From Caecitellus pseudoparvulus (taxonomy: Eukaryota > Protista > Bigyra: Bicosoecida): a stretch of 28,220 bases of DNA. Location of the stretch: contig CBFFRQ010000154.1 of NCBI GenBank assembly GCA_965644315.1, positions 1-28,220 on the forward strand, given 5' to 3'. The notes under the pieces are model-generated. The model was not told the DNA's origin, made no database searches, and saw only the letters and a program-made list of their open reading frames with translations. This document shows positions 8,225 to 18,673 of the stretch, one piece after another (position 1 is the stretch's first letter; every line of letters begins with the position of its first letter). The translations under genes were made by a program, and so were the position numbers.

Positions 8225-10309
8225 ATGAACGCCCAAGTGGATCAAGTCCTGGGGGTCCTCTTCGTGGAGGGGTGCCTGAAGCGCAAGCAAGTGCTCGGCC
8301 CCAGAACAGGTGTCTTCACTGACATGCCACGTCGGGGTGCCGCACGCACCTTCGAGCTTGGAGGACCCCTGCCCAAGACTGATCATGATAGTTCATCTTC
8401 GGCACGGGACATGTGGCTCGAGGTCTATGGGGAAGCCGCCGAACGGCTGATCCCAGGGCTGAGTGCGGAATTCGGCAACGCCAATGCGGCCCTGCGCCAG
8501 GGACCCACCGGATCGCCAACCATCCTCGTCACGCTCGGAAGTGAGGGTGATTCACCAACAGTGGCACGTCAACTTCGCATTCTTGCTGCTCAAGAGGACG
8601 ACTTCGCCATTCGAGTCGGCCAAGGTGGGTTCGTCGCCGTGGCCTACACCAACACCAAGCAGTTCGCATCGGCGAAGGCGAAAGTGAAGGTGAAGGCCCA
8701 CCCCACCGCCATCCAAGTGGCCCACCAAGTGACCAAGGAAGCAACCGAAATCGCCTGCCAGTCAGGTGATGTTGCCAAGGTCATGTGCCTCGTTAGGTCC
8801 CACTTCGACCATGGCCCCGTGCCAGCCCAAGCCGTCCGTCCCAGTGTCAGACAATCCGTCCCCTCCGAGGGTGATGCACCTGTCGACACCAAGACACCAT
8901 CGACCTGGACTGACACTCAGCTCGACAAGGCACCGAAGAAGAAGAAGACCCGTCGAGGCAAGCGAGGAAAGGGCAAGTCAGCCGGACGATCCCTCACCTT
9001 CGAGGACGTCTTCATCAAGAACGTCCGGCCACCTGCACCTCGACCAACCTCACCACCTGCCACCCAAGGCTCACCCAAAGATACCGTCACCACCCCTGTG
9101 GTGCATGCCATGTTGCCTTCATCAAGGGTGCAGCGGGGCGTCGACCGCAAGTGGCCGTCCCCCACCCCGTCGGGCGAGGCAAGCCCCGAGGTGCACCGGT
9201 ATCGGCCGTCTGCAGCAGCAGCATGGGAGGTGATCACAAGGGTGGTGCCTCTTCATGACAGTGTGCGGACACCCGAGCACCTGGCCGAGTACCCCATCAA
9301 GCCTGGCCCTCTGGCCGACCTGCTGTCATCGACCCACGTGTACTCTAACGTGGGGGGGCGGGCCTGTGTCCAGGCCTGTCTCGAGACGGCAGCAGGGGAG
9401 AGGGTCTTCGAGGCTGGGGACCTCCTCCTACTCCAGCATGCAGCCACCATCAACGCTGCCCAGCTTGCCTTCAAGCACATGGTCAGGCAGCTGGAGGGGG
9501 TGGTCAGTGACTCGTCCAGCTCGGACATCATGGACGTCGGCCAGAAGCCACCCTCCCCCTTCCGCTCAGACGGGCAACGGGTGGCCGTCTTCCGCAACAT
9601 GCTGCACCAGCACTCGCCGGATGACACCTTCCTGGCCCCAGGTACACCACCAGTCCTGCTTCCCGGCCTGCACCTGCTCATCGACCGCATCAACCAAGGG
9701 TACCGTGCCCCAGCCGGGCATGATGACCTTGGCCAGGCCGGCGTCGACCCCAGCCAGGTTGATGAAGAGGGTGACCAAGAGGGGCACCTCGACGGAGTGC
9801 TGTATGCCTTCGCACTTCGAGAGGTGTGGACCGACAACACGGCCCATCTGCAGCTCATCCTCGTCGACCATGATCGAGGCAAGCTGGTGCTGTGGAACCC
9901 CGACATCCCTGACCTCCATGACGAGCTGCCCCTGCACAAGTGCATGACCCGGCTGGCAGCCGAAGGCATCAACGTCTTGTACCGGATCTGGACCACACCC
10001 GAGGCGGGCAGTCCAGCACCCTTCCGGGACAGGCTTCGAGGGGCACTCCAGTCTCTCCGAGATGACTTCCCCCCCCTGCCTCACAAGGCCACCGACGGCA
10101 CCGTGCACCCCCAGACCCTCATCGCTGGCAAGGGCACAAGGGTGGCCATGCCTCATGGGCGGATGACCCGACAGCAGGCCGCCACCCTGGAGGCTGAGGT
10201 CAAGGACCCCCTCAAGCGGCTGGTGCCTGAAGACGGCGAGGGTCGCCTGCCCAAGGTCAAGGATGTGCCCCACATCTCGATCGGGCAGATGGGTGGACGC
10301 CTGATGTAA
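8225..10309 (+). CDS. ~694-aa stand-alone homologue of the polyprotein N-terminal module (ORF1/Gag-analogue with putative cysteine-protease domain)
   Basis: Collinear shared blocks: QVLGVLF, PRTGV, RRGAARTF, PKKKKTRRGKR, CVQAC(F/L)ETAAGE, LLQHAATI, PPVLLPGLHLL, HLQLI, LVLWNPD, DFPPLP, TRQQAA. 29/47 identity over the first 47 aa. An alternative in-frame ATG lies at 8183. Confidence 0.9.
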   Translation: MNAQVDQVLGVLFVEGCLKRKQVLGPRTGVFTDMPRRGAARTFELGGPLPKTDHDSSSSARDMWLEVYGEAAERLIPGLSAEFGNANAALRQGPTGSPTILVTLGSEGDSPTVARQLRILAAQEDDFAIRVGQGGFVAVAYTNTKQFASAKAKVKVKAHPTAIQVAHQVTKEATEIACQSGDVAKVMCLVRSHFDHGPVPAQAVRPSVRQSVPSEGDAPVDTKTPSTWTDTQLDKAPKKKKTRRGKRGKGKSAGRSLTFEDVFIKNVRPPAPRPTSPPATQGSPKDTVTTPVVHAMLPSSRVQRGVDRKWPSPTPSGEASPEVHRYRPSAAAAWEVITRVVPLHDSVRTPEHLAEYPIKPGPLADLLSSTHVYSNVGGRACVQACLETAAGERVFEAGDLLLLQHAATINAAQLAFKHMVRQLEGVVSDSSSSDIMDVGQKPPSPFRSDGQRVAVFRNMLHQHSPDDTFLAPGTPPVLLPGLHLLIDRINQGYRAPAGHDDLGQAGVDPSQVDEEGDQEGHLDGVLYAFALREVWTDNTAHLQLILVDHDRGKLVLWNPDIPDLHDELPLHKCMTRLAAEGINVLYRIWTTPEAGSPAPFRDRLRGALQSLRDDFPPLPHKATDGTVHPQTLIAGKGTRVAMPHGRMTRQQAATLEAEVKDPLKRLVPEDGEGRLPKVKDVPHISIGQMGGRLM

Positions 10310-10640
10310 GTCACCTGTGGGGGCATACTCCCTGTGCCACACATGACTGAAGCTTTGTGTCGCGACCGACGCACATAGCTGACATCGGACATTGGAAAGT
10401 CCAACCCAACCTCACCATCACCAACCCAACATCGATACCAACACATCAGGACTCGGCTCAGTGGAAGGGGAAGGCACTTGCAGCAAGATCTGTGAGGCCG
10501 CCCCCAAACCTGAGCCGAAGGGACAGCCGGGCTGGGTCGTGTGCTTGCATCTCAGCAACACCCAGTCCGTGTCGAGTCCATATCCTCCAGCCCACACCGC
10601 CACCCAAGCCAAGCAAGTCGGGTCTCCACCCCTGGACATC

Positions 10641-10702
10641 GGACCGAGACGGACGAGACTGGACTGGACGGACAAGACAAGAGTGGACCGAGACCTGGAC
10701 CT
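10641..10702 (+). repeat. Imperfect GGAC/AGAC microrepeat in the partner 3' UTR
   Basis: ggaccgagac ggacgagact ggactggacg gacaagacaa gagtggaccg agacctggac. Confidence 0.6.
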
Positions 10703-10924
10703 ACACCTCAAGACCATCCCACCGGGGCGGGCGCTGAAGCGCCAAGACAGACGGCGACTTATACAACGGACACGAGTCTGTGCTAGTCGCAAAGCCGTGC
10801 AAGCGGTGCCGTCGTGGTGTCTGTGTCACTGCATTCTGTTGTGGCGCAGGTGGCACCACATGTCCAAGCCCAAGCTGTACCATGATGTAGCCTGCATGGA
10901 GGCAATCTGCAATGCATTGAGTAG

Positions 10925-10934
10925 CTAACCTAAA
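10925..10934 (+). repeat. Minimal variant telomeric linker CTAACCTAAA
   Basis: Lies between the partner 3' end and the first base of copy 2 that matches copy 1. Confidence 0.75.
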
Positions 10935-13900
10935 CGCTAATTCCGCGCTGAAACAATCCGCACCAGGGCAGACCATTCTCCTTGTCACGCTGCCGAGTGA
11001 CGGTGAAGGCCCCGCCATTGCCAAGTCCCTGCGCGTTGCTGCTGCTGTGCGAGAAGACTTCATCATCATGTTGAAGGGGGGCGGCTCTGTGGGCGTGGTG
11101 TACTCCAACACGCGGCAGTTCACGTCAGAGCGCGCCAGGGTCAGCGTGATCGCCCCTCCCTCTGTAGTGAAGGTTGCTCAAAAGATCTCTGAGGCAGCAA
11201 CCAACATTGCCTGTGAGAGTGGGGATGTGTCCAAGATCTTGAAGCTTGTCCATGCCCATGTCACCAACACTCACTCCATCGCCAAGCGTGCTCCAAAGCC
11301 TGTCGGACACTCCGTCTCTCCAGAAGATGACGCCTCTGTCGACAAGCTGCCAAGCACACTGCCAAAGCCCCTTGCTGAAGGCGGTCCCAAGAAGAAGAAG
11401 ACACGGAGGGGCAAACGCAAGCCATCGACAAAGAGCTCTCCTCCTCGGCGCTTTGCTGAACTGTTCAAGGAGGGCGTCGTGACTACTCGCCCCACAGCGC
11501 CCTCCCCTCCATCTGCACCCGCCGAGTCGTCAGGCCAAGCTGCTCCTTCCCCTGAACATGTCCCTCTTCCGTCCACCAGAGTCAAGCGCCCGACCTTCAG
11601 CAGATGGGACTCGCCCAGCCCACGCAAGAGACCTCCTCCCGTGTCCCCGACAGCTGCGGCACTATCGGGCAGCGGGGCACAGCCACCTCTTGCAAGTCCT
11701 GCAAACACGGCACCCACTACGCTGCTAAAACTTGCTGACTGCAGTCGCCGACCAGCACGGCTTGGACAGGCAAACCTTGACTTGGGTTCCCCCTTGCAGC
11801 AACTCCTCGCCTCTGCGCACGCGTTCCGCAATAAGGACCAACGACACTGTGTCCAGGCCTGCTTTGAAACAGCAGCAGGAGAGCCACTCTTCAATGACGA
11901 TGACCTTGTCCTTCTTCAACACGCAGCCACCATCCAAGCGGCGCAGACATCCTTCTGTGCTGTGTTGAAGAAGAGCAGCGCGCGTCACCCTGGCACACCA
12001 GACTCGGAGGTCCATGCTGTCTGTGAAACAGAACCTTCCATGCCGACCACCGAGCAAGACAAGCTTGACCTCTTTCAATCGTTCCTGTACCGACATGCGC
12101 CTGATGATGCAGCACTCACCAGTGCCTGTCCACCTGTGCTCCTCCCTGGTCTTCATCTCTTGCTCACGCGTATCAACGAGGGCCATCGGGAACTTAAAGG
12201 CGGCACAGTGTCTGGACACTGCCTGGTTGATGTCAAGGCAGAGAAAGAGATGACCTCCGAGGCAAAAGTCTTTGCTGGGGTGTACTTCGCGTTTGCTCTC
12301 AGCTTGGTTGACACTGGAGGTGTCTCCCACCTTCAGCTCATTGTCGTCAACGCTGAGAAGTCCACACTTGTACTGTGGAACCCTGACGAACCCTTCAAGA
12401 GCACCAACATTCCAATCGACGGCTGCCTGAACACACTCGACTCGATGGGCATTGAGTCTGTGTACCGTGTCTCATCCTCCCCGCTGAGTGGCAAGCCGAT
12501 TCCCTTCAAAGACAGAGTGCGGCTGGCCATGCTGTCCCTCAGGTCTGACTTTCCCCCACTCCCGTTCGTAGCTGAGGACGAGACTGTCTACCCAAAGACT
12601 CTCATCACTGGCAAGACAACACGGGTGTACCTCCCTGTAGGCCGCACCACGCGCCAACAAGCAGCTGCCGATGAGAGAGCCAAGACGGTTGACCCCATAC
12701 TGTCACTCATCCCAACATCTGTACAAGTCGCCGACCAGATCAGTAGCGATGCACCCCATACCCCTGTCGGCCGCGGAAGACACATGACACTCGCACTTGC
12801 TGCTTGGAATGTGCACGGCTCCTGCGGCCAGTGTGTCCACGATGTCGTCACCTGTGTCCAGTCTGTGTGCAGTGCGTCGTCCATGTTGGCACTCTGTGTC
12901 ACAGAGCCTGGGGGGCACGGCCTGCTCGACACGGAAGTCATGGGCCTTGAATGCTTCCGCCCAAGCCCGCCTGATCGGCCTGTCGGGCGGAGTGAGGTTG
13001 CCTTGCTGCTTGATCGAAGACTCAATGGCTCAGTGATCCCGGGCCTCGACGTTGATGGTCGCTGCATAATTGCTTGCTCGATCCCTGCAAGCCCACAACC
13101 CATCGCCATCATAGCCACGTACGTACCCAACTGGCACTCTTGGCAGCGAAAGAAGCCAGTCGCTGATCCGGACACGAAGCTTCCGTACCGGCAAGAGGTT
13201 TGGCGGCAGCTTGAGTCTGCTGTTCAACAGCTCCGCCTCACCCACATGATTGTCATCATGGGTGACTTGAACACTCATCCAGGTGACGAAGGGGTAGGCA
13301 CGTGGGGAGCAGATCACTGGGAGAACCGGACCGGCATTCCCGAGCCCACTGAAGACATCCTGCAGATGCAGCTCCTCTGCGAGCAAGGCCCACTGATCCC
13401 AGCCGGACTTGGTGGCCTGCCAACGCACAGGTATGGTCGGGCTCTGGACCACATCCTGATGACTGAGGACCTCCACAGTATGTTGAGCAGACCACTGCAC
13501 ATCACAACAACGTTCTCCAGCGGGACGAAAAAGAGTGCCGCTCGACTAGTCCTCAGTGACCATCATCTTGTTGCAGCAGAAGTCCGAGTGAAGCCTGCCA
13601 AGCGAGTGTGGACATCATCCAAGAGCCCCCATGTACAGGCGGTGCCACCCTGGTGGACCTCAGCGACAGAGGCTGGGCTGGCAGCGCAAGCGATGTTTCG
13701 AGGATCCCTCAGCTCGCGGGCCACCGCGCTCCAGACAGGCAGCGCCGCCCCGAGCCTATCCTTTCTCAACGGTGCTATCGAAGCTGCGGCTATGGACACA
13801 CATCGCAAGGCCAAGACCCCACGTGACCCTCTGCCCCAGCTGAAGATGGACATCAAGGCGGCCAGCGGGCTCAAGAAGTCCATGACTGCACGCGTGTCCA

Positions 13901-16900
13901 AGCTGCGGAAGACCATTGCCAAGCTGCACCGGAAGCTCGCACTTGCCACCGGTCGGCATCCTCAGCCAGACCACGCCCGTGCCATCCGAGAGGGAATCTC
14001 CATGGCCACTGAAGAGCTACACGCCACGCTTCAATGCCGCAAGGATGCAATGCGGAAGTGCACGAGGCTTGTGAAGAAGAAGCGACATGTCACTCTGTCC
14101 AGGATCCGAGCACGCTTGAGGGAACTCGCTGTCACGGATCCCTTCACTGCCCACCAACACATCAAGCGCCTGTCAGGTCGAGGTCGTCGAGCCCGTCGAG
14201 CTCCCATCAGGTCCGTGAAGTCCATGCAGGAAGTGCTCATCTCCTCCCCTGATCTGGTGAAGGAGGAGGTTGCCAAGCAGATGTCTGGCATCCTGAGTCA
14301 CAACAAGCCCAGGCCAACATCGCTGAAGTACGGGCTGGCAAGGTTCCTTCCCTCAGCCCAAGAGTCCTTCACCCCGCCAGTGACATGGCTTCCCTCCAAG
14401 AAGCAAGTCAAAGTCCTCATGGCATCACTCAGTCTACACCGTCACCCAGGCTCTGGCAAGTTCCAGTCAGAGCACATCAAGTATGCTGGGCCAGGCTTCC
14501 AAGACATCTACTCCCAAGCCGTCATCCAAGCGTTGCAACAAGGCACCTGCCCGCCAGACTACCATGCAGGCATTGGGTCACTCATCCCCAAGAAGACGAG
14601 TGAAGCTGGGCGGCCTCGCACATACCGCTTGATTGTATGCCGCCCCCCTCCTGCGAAGCTCTTCTTCTCAGTGGCCGCTGCATGCCTGGAGTCCTGGATG
14701 CAAACATGGGTGTCGAAGGAGCAGGCTGGCTTCACTCGACACCGCAACACGCATGAGCACATCTTGGCTCTCCAAGAGGTGATCAAGGGCCACCTGCGAC
14801 AGTCAACAGCGCCAGTGCAAGTCCTGGTACTCTTCGTGGACTTCCGGGGAGCATTCGACTCTGTGAGCCACGCAGCCATCACAGAGATCCTTGAGGCTGC
14901 CTCCCTCCCTGCGCCACTCCTGGCCGTCATCAAGGAGTACATGTCCAAGGCGACGGTCTCCATCAACACGCGCCATGGTCTTTGTCGCCCCCTTCCTGTC
15001 AGCAATGGTGTCCCCCAAGGAGGAGCTCTGTCCCCCCTCCTCTTCAAGGTTGCGATAGATGTGCTGTCGCAAAGGCTCCACGAGATGCCCCTCCAAGGCA
15101 TCCAGGGGGTTGGCATCCCAACACCAGCAGGCCATGTCACCCACACCCTGTATGCAGACGACCTGGCCTGCATCGCAACGTCTGCCACGGCCTTGCACCG
15201 AATCTTCGTAGAGGTGAAGGCCATCGCTGCCCGGGTTGGCCTTGCCATCAACCCGTCGAAGTCCGGGGTCATGATCCTTGCCAACTCCGTGCGAGGCAGC
15301 CGGACACCAGTCAGTGAAAGGAAGAAGTTGGTGTGGCGCTCGGCTGCCCTCAAAGCGGGCAGCATGCTGAAGGTTGGCACCAAGTCCATCCAACGGGTGG
15401 CCGAGTACACCTACTTGGGTGTGCCGATGTCCGAACATCCTGCCAAGACCCGTGCACTTACCCTGCAACAAGCTGGGCTTGCTTGCATCCAAGCCGGGTT
15501 CACTGCGGGCGCGCTGCTCAGTGCCACCTGGCTCGATGTGCAGCAGCGGCACCTGGTTGGGTATGCCACTGTCACGTCAGCCGCCGACTACATGCTGTCC
15601 ACCCAAGCCAACAGTTCCCTGCTTCCGCTGCGCGATGTTGACCGCGGCGTCGCCCTCGCCTTGGACAGGACCCAAGTCGGCTCGCAGAGTGCACTCATGC
15701 GCCCCCACAGCTACGCCAAGCTGGCTCTATGCGGAGTCCTGCCTGCCCACATCCGCTCCACGCAACTGCGGACTGGGATGTTTGTCAAGGCTCTCCGGAT
15801 GCTGCACTCGGACACCCCTCTTGCCCGAGCTCTGTGCCTGACCATCCCGCAGGCCCTTGACCTTATGCCTGCTTCGATGTCGACGACCTTCATCGTCGAC
15901 ACCATCGCTGATGGGGGTCGGCTTCGAGCTGCCAGTGTCCCTGCTCCGTGGGCACTGCATGCCCTCTTGGACCTCTGGCTCATGGGCTGCATGCCAGACC
16001 TTGCACAGCTTCGGCTTGCATGTGCACCTGGCTCTGAGCATGCTGCCACAGCCCTTGCCCAAGTCCTTGCCGGACTTAAGACCACCCCGGGCCTCCACAG
16101 GTCTGCGGTGGTTGGGGTGGCTGCCAGCGAGACGTCGTCCATGGCCGAACCCCCGGCCTTCACGGCAGACACCCCCTGGGCCCTGCGTCGCCAAGTCCTC
16201 GCGTCGTATCTTCATGTAGCCCAGGCAGTGCCGAGTGCAGCTGCCCACTACACCACCGACAGCCGAATCCCCCAAGTGCAGAAGCCCAGGCCGTATCATC
16301 TTGGGCCTGGTGCGCAGCACTTCGTGTGGCTACATCCACTGCCACACGGGGTGAACCCCCTCTTCTGGGTCTGTCCTGATGACAGGCCCACCAGAGTGAT
16401 GGTCCATCACTTCCAGACCTTACAGCTTCTTCATGGGGGGGACAGTGCCACTCTGTACGAGTGCTGTCCGATTTGCGGACTCAACACCGATGTACAGCTG
16501 CACGTGCACATCCTGCTGCACTGCACCCACCACGAACTCACCATGGCACGCCAACACACGATGACCAAGTTCAGAGAACTGGCCAACAGGTCAGCTGTGC
16601 CCGAGTCCGCGGCGGGCCAAGTGCAGTGCCTGCCCATCCCCCCAAGATCTGCCACGCCCTCCTTCGTGCCCCCGACCCAGAGCCGCGAAGCCTGCGGGAC
16701 CTCGAGGTCCTCCACAGGCTCCTGCTCTGCGGGCAGTGGCCTCACCGGTGGGGGCTGGCCGACGAAGAGCAGCTTGTCTCTATGAAAGAGGCGGCTGTCC
16801 TCTCCCACCCCCACCTCGTCCACCGTGCTGGTCCTTGCCGTGTCCGTGCCCCAGCTGTATGGCAAGACATCCTGCGCAGCGCGGTTGAGTTCACAGCAAA

Positions 16901-18064
16901 GGCGTGGCGGGTCACAGTCACTTACATGTTGCGTATGACCGATGCCCACCACCTTGCTGTCCAGAGGCATGCTGAGTACCTGTGGTGGGCAGTACATGGG
17001 CGCGGGGCGCCGCTGCCTGGCCGCACGCAGCCAGTGCGGTCAGCGGCCACGCGGCACACGCGCAGGCCCCGCACTCGCCGCAGGGCACGCACCTTTTTCC
17101 CTGCCAAGGCTGGCCAAGTGCCGTCCACGGAGGGCAAGGTCCAGAGGACGCTGCAGCACTTCATGGGGCCTCAGCCAGCCCATGCAGACACTGATGGTGA
17201 GGGGGAAGGGCCCGATGGTTCCTGTGAAGAGAGCGAGGAGTAAGGCGGAACGCAGGCGTGCGGGCGGGGAGTGGAACAGCCACGCTTATGGCCGCGTCTA
17301 CCCTCCACGAGTGTCCTGACGTGATGAACCTGTGTGAAGCGTGGTGATAACCACGGTAGCCCGAAGCAGATGCCCAAGACCTTACCTTTTACTTACTACA
17401 TAGCCTGCGAGTAGCAGTGGAGTGAGCGGGAGCGTGCCTCGGGCCGCGGCGCGTGTGCAGCCGCAGTGCTGCACGGCCGCGGCCCGGATGGCGGCTGACG
17501 ATGAAGCAAGCTCACTCACCACGAAACCAGGGCGTGACGGGTTGAAGAAGAAGGTCCTTTTCCTTTCTGTATCCCCCTTGATGCGCGCGATGCGCTCTGT
17601 GGCGCGGGCGCGTGTGTGCGCACGGGTGCTGGTGTGCGCGATCGAATTCCGCACCACGCACCCGGCCGAGTTCCCGCGCAGAGGCGGAGCACACACCTCA
17701 TGAAGGGCGCAGAGAGGCCTATGAGGGCCACAGAGGAGGTGGGTGAGGAATTTGGATTATGATCTGTTGTCAAGACTGCGCGGATGCCTGGGTGTGCTCT
17801 GGTGTGCCCCAGGTGTCTGGCGCTGGCGGAGCAAGGGATGAAGTGTAGCGGAGGAGGGCCAAGATGATGAATTGGAGCGGGCAGGGACCTGCCCTAGCAA
17901 GTGGCGGCAGATATAACGGGTGCAAGCCTGTGTTTGTTGCGAATCCGCGCCAAGCGGTAGCCGCTGTGGCGTCCTACATGTGCAGAGGTGCATTGTGGGG
18001 CGCCCGTGTGACGCTCAAGCTGTACGGTGCCAAGCTGTGCCGAGGTGAAATGCATTGTGAGTTG
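10935..18064 (+). mobile_element. 5'-truncated autonomous element, copy 2
   Basis: Near-identical to 800-7930 (offset 10135, then 10134 after a 1-bp deletion); lacks the 5' UTR and first ~86 codons. Confidence 0.96.
10936..17243 (+). pseudogene. Truncated and frameshifted polyprotein ORF of copy 2
   Basis: Native start is missing. The C7 run of copy 1 (6503-6509) is C6 at 16638-16643, giving a premature stop at 16785; the remaining C-terminus continues in another frame to 17243. The indel may be a homopolymer sequencing error. Confidence 0.8.
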
Positions 18065-18078
18065 CTAACCTAACCCTA
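18065..18078 (+). repeat. Innermost telomeric remnant CTAACCTAACCCTA
   Basis: About two units between copy 2 and unique subtelomeric DNA; the first unit lacks one C. Confidence 0.85.
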
Positions 18079-18278
18079 TTTATAGTAATTAGAAGGGATT
18101 ATTTATAACTTTATCATATGGATTTAATAATATTACGCTATCGCATAATATCATTAACTGTTTTGATTATATATCTAAAAATATAAATTCTGATATAAAT
18201 AAATATATATTAATATATTGTATGCGGGGTATGTATTCATAGAGTCTATAGCTGATTAGTAGATATATATATATTTAT
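18079..18278. other. Sharply AT-rich ~200-bp island at the array/subtelomere boundary
   Basis: Almost all A/T with (TA)n runs, in contrast to GC-rich DNA on both sides; no ORF. Confidence 0.85.
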
Positions 18279-18673
18279 GTCTGCTTCTGAGTCCGTGTTA
18301 GCCGCAAGTTGCGATAGCAATCTGAGGCACGGCAGCTCATACATTTATGTATGCGGTCCCCCCAGTGTCGTAACGCGCGGCGGGGCCGTTTTGGGTCGCG
18401 GGGTGGCGCGGTGTGCGCGGGGTCGCCGCGGCGCCCCCAACACGCCAAGGCCGAAACCCGCGCCCAACTCGCCCAACAGGCGCCGAACGCCTGAATGACG
18501 ACGAAGAACATTAAAGTACCATGTTCCTGATGGAACATGCTCATTTCACACGGTGACTCACCATGTTTCGTGCAAGATATGTGCGCGACGCAAGCGAGAA
18601 CCGTGGCCCGCTTCTTTCGAGGAGCAAGTGTGAGGTGAGTGTGGTGAAAACAAGAGGCTACAATGCAATATTC

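Larger units (their letters stand above)
8002..10924 (+). mobile_element. Non-autonomous partner retroelement (no endonuclease or RT)
   Basis: 8001-8088 matches 322-409 at 82/88 nt; same junction with telomeric repeats; 3' end AATGCATTGAGTAG|CTAACC resembles autonomous AATGCATTGTGAGTTG|CTAACC; ORF is homologous only to the N-terminal third of the polyprotein. Confidence 0.88.

Noticed and set aside
16638-16643. Programmed frameshift in copy 2
   Set aside because: Copy 1 is in frame with C7; a single-C loss in a homopolymer is a mutation or sequencing error.
323-18064. LTR element or simple segmental duplication
   Set aside because: No integrase or LTRs; the RT and APE are LINE-type, and the repeat boundaries coincide with element ends and telomeric linkers.
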